This document shows, one piece after another, positions 63,125 to 64,000 of a stretch of 64,000 nucleotides of DNA. The notes beneath the pieces were generated by a model that searched no databases, was not told where the DNA came from, and was given only the letters and a program-made list of their open reading frames with translations. The stretch is from assembly GCA_021816695.1 (NCBI GenBank), contig JAKAXE010000005.1, positions 5 to 64,004 of the forward strand, read 5' to 3'. Numbering within the stretch: the first letter of the stretch is position 1; each line of letters begins with the position of its first letter. Source of the DNA: a bacterium (GTDB taxonomy: Bacteria; Chloroflexota; Dormibacteria; Aeolococcales; Bog-877). The translations under genes and the position numbers were made by a program.

Positions 63125-64000
63125 GGCCCTTGAATCAGCCCGGAGCCCAGTCCGCCGCTAGACGCGGTAGCCAATGACCGCCGCCGATGAGGGCCCTGAT
63201 ATGACATCGCTCTGCTTCCGAGTTCTCCGTGACCAGACTCTACCGACACCGAAGGCCAGTCTGTCGTCCCAATCCTCCACTCCCCAGCGAGAACCCACCC
63301 CGGGCCCAAACGCGACACCGCCTGGTACGAGCTCCACCACCGCCGGCGGCTCGCCAGTGACCCGGCCCGGACCGCCGGTTGCCAGGAGGGGCGTGGCGCT
63401 GGCGCCGCTCGATGGCTTGGGCCGGAACGAGAGACCCGGGGCCGCCCCGTCATCCTCGAAAAGGCGTTCGAAGCGCGATCGGCCAGGAACCGGGGATCGC
63501 GGGGGTGCGCCCGCACTGGTGCGCCGCCCCCTCGTCCCCGAGGAAACCGCGCTGCTCCGTCTGCCGTGGCTGGGGCGCGGTGGCCGCCACTCTGGCCGAC
63601 GGGGCCTGCGGAGTGCGCCACCGTGACCATGTCACCGGGTGGTGGCGAGAATTTCGGTCCCTCCGGCCCGAGTTCGTCACCCGCCGGGCCGTGCACGGAA
63701 GGTTGCCTGCCGTCCACCTCCAGATCCGCCGCTCGGCAGGCCAAACCGCATCCCCACAGCCGCAGCATTGGTCGAGCCGCCGGGTGGCCCTGGCGGGCGC
63801 ACCCCTGTTGCCCTCATGCCGCAGCCCGGAGACGCTCCCCGCCGTCGGCCCGAAGCTAGCCCCCCAAGTGGAGGCCAGGCATCCGCTGCACACCGACCTC
63901 TCAGATTCAGCCCAGCCACTGCGTGCCCACGACATCCCGGGGTACAAGCGCGAGGAGGGCCCCCTGACCGCCTCTCCGCGGCGGCCACGTTGCATCCATT

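Noticed and set aside
63541-63600. DnaJ-type zinc-finger motif CSVCRGWG in an open plus-strand frame
   Set aside because: It is a single motif copy in an otherwise non-protein-like Arg/Trp/Pro-rich frame. It cannot be distinguished from chance.

Overview
Very GC-rich bacterial chromosomal segment. All calls rest on motif recognition by eye, with no database search. Gene content and order look Actinomycetota-like: a divergent MMPL/TetR pair, actinobacterial-type SerC, type-2 PyrF, and the order uvrC-rapZ-gap-pgk-tpiA. That assignment is inference only.

I can support about 50 protein genes, 2 tRNAs, 1 gene fragment and a few regulatory elements.

Layout:
- 0-7.9 kb: MMPL/TetR pair, upp, a PaaR-like TetR regulator divergent from a compact paaABCDE operon, then enolase.
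- 7.9-17.6 kb: housekeeping and envelope genes. These include a Thr/Ser dehydratase, a Kelch-propeller membrane protein, an aminotransferase, serC, a Xer-type recombinase and pyrF.
- 17.6-24.4 kb: tRNA-Pro followed by a loosely packed, compositionally different segment. It holds a methyltransferase, a YCII protein, an S53 sedolisin-type peptidase and an orphan Cys-rich secreted protein.
- 24.4-49.6 kb: a long, almost entirely minus-strand core block with many overlapping stop/start codons. Gene order is methyltransferase-polA-mutM-GT4, then uvrB-glgX-GH57-uvrA-uvrC-rapZ-gap-pgk-tpiA-gpmI-der. The only plus-strand gene in it is an ABC-F ATPase.
- 49.6-64 kb: a bifunctional nuclease and tRNA-Leu, then a gene-poor, decayed-looking stretch. 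It holds YbaK, a 925-bp ORF-free gap, a GerMN lipoprotein, DUF4389, PLDc_N, two tandem P-type ATPases (one P1B-5 with a hemerythrin tail), a flavodoxin, an FtsX-permease fragment, a LonC-like protease and about 0.8 kb of unassigned sequence.

I found no CRISPR array, rRNA, transposase or phage-type integrase.

I did not find a clear-cut new multi-gene system. The best leads are:
- the orphan Cys-rich secreted protein next to the S53 peptidase;
- the membrane protein with a Cys/His-rich tail that includes a His6 run;
- the 925-bp ORF-free region;
- the uvrB-glgX-GH57-uvrA-uvrC array;
- the degenerate P-loops in the RapZ-like and Lon-like proteins.
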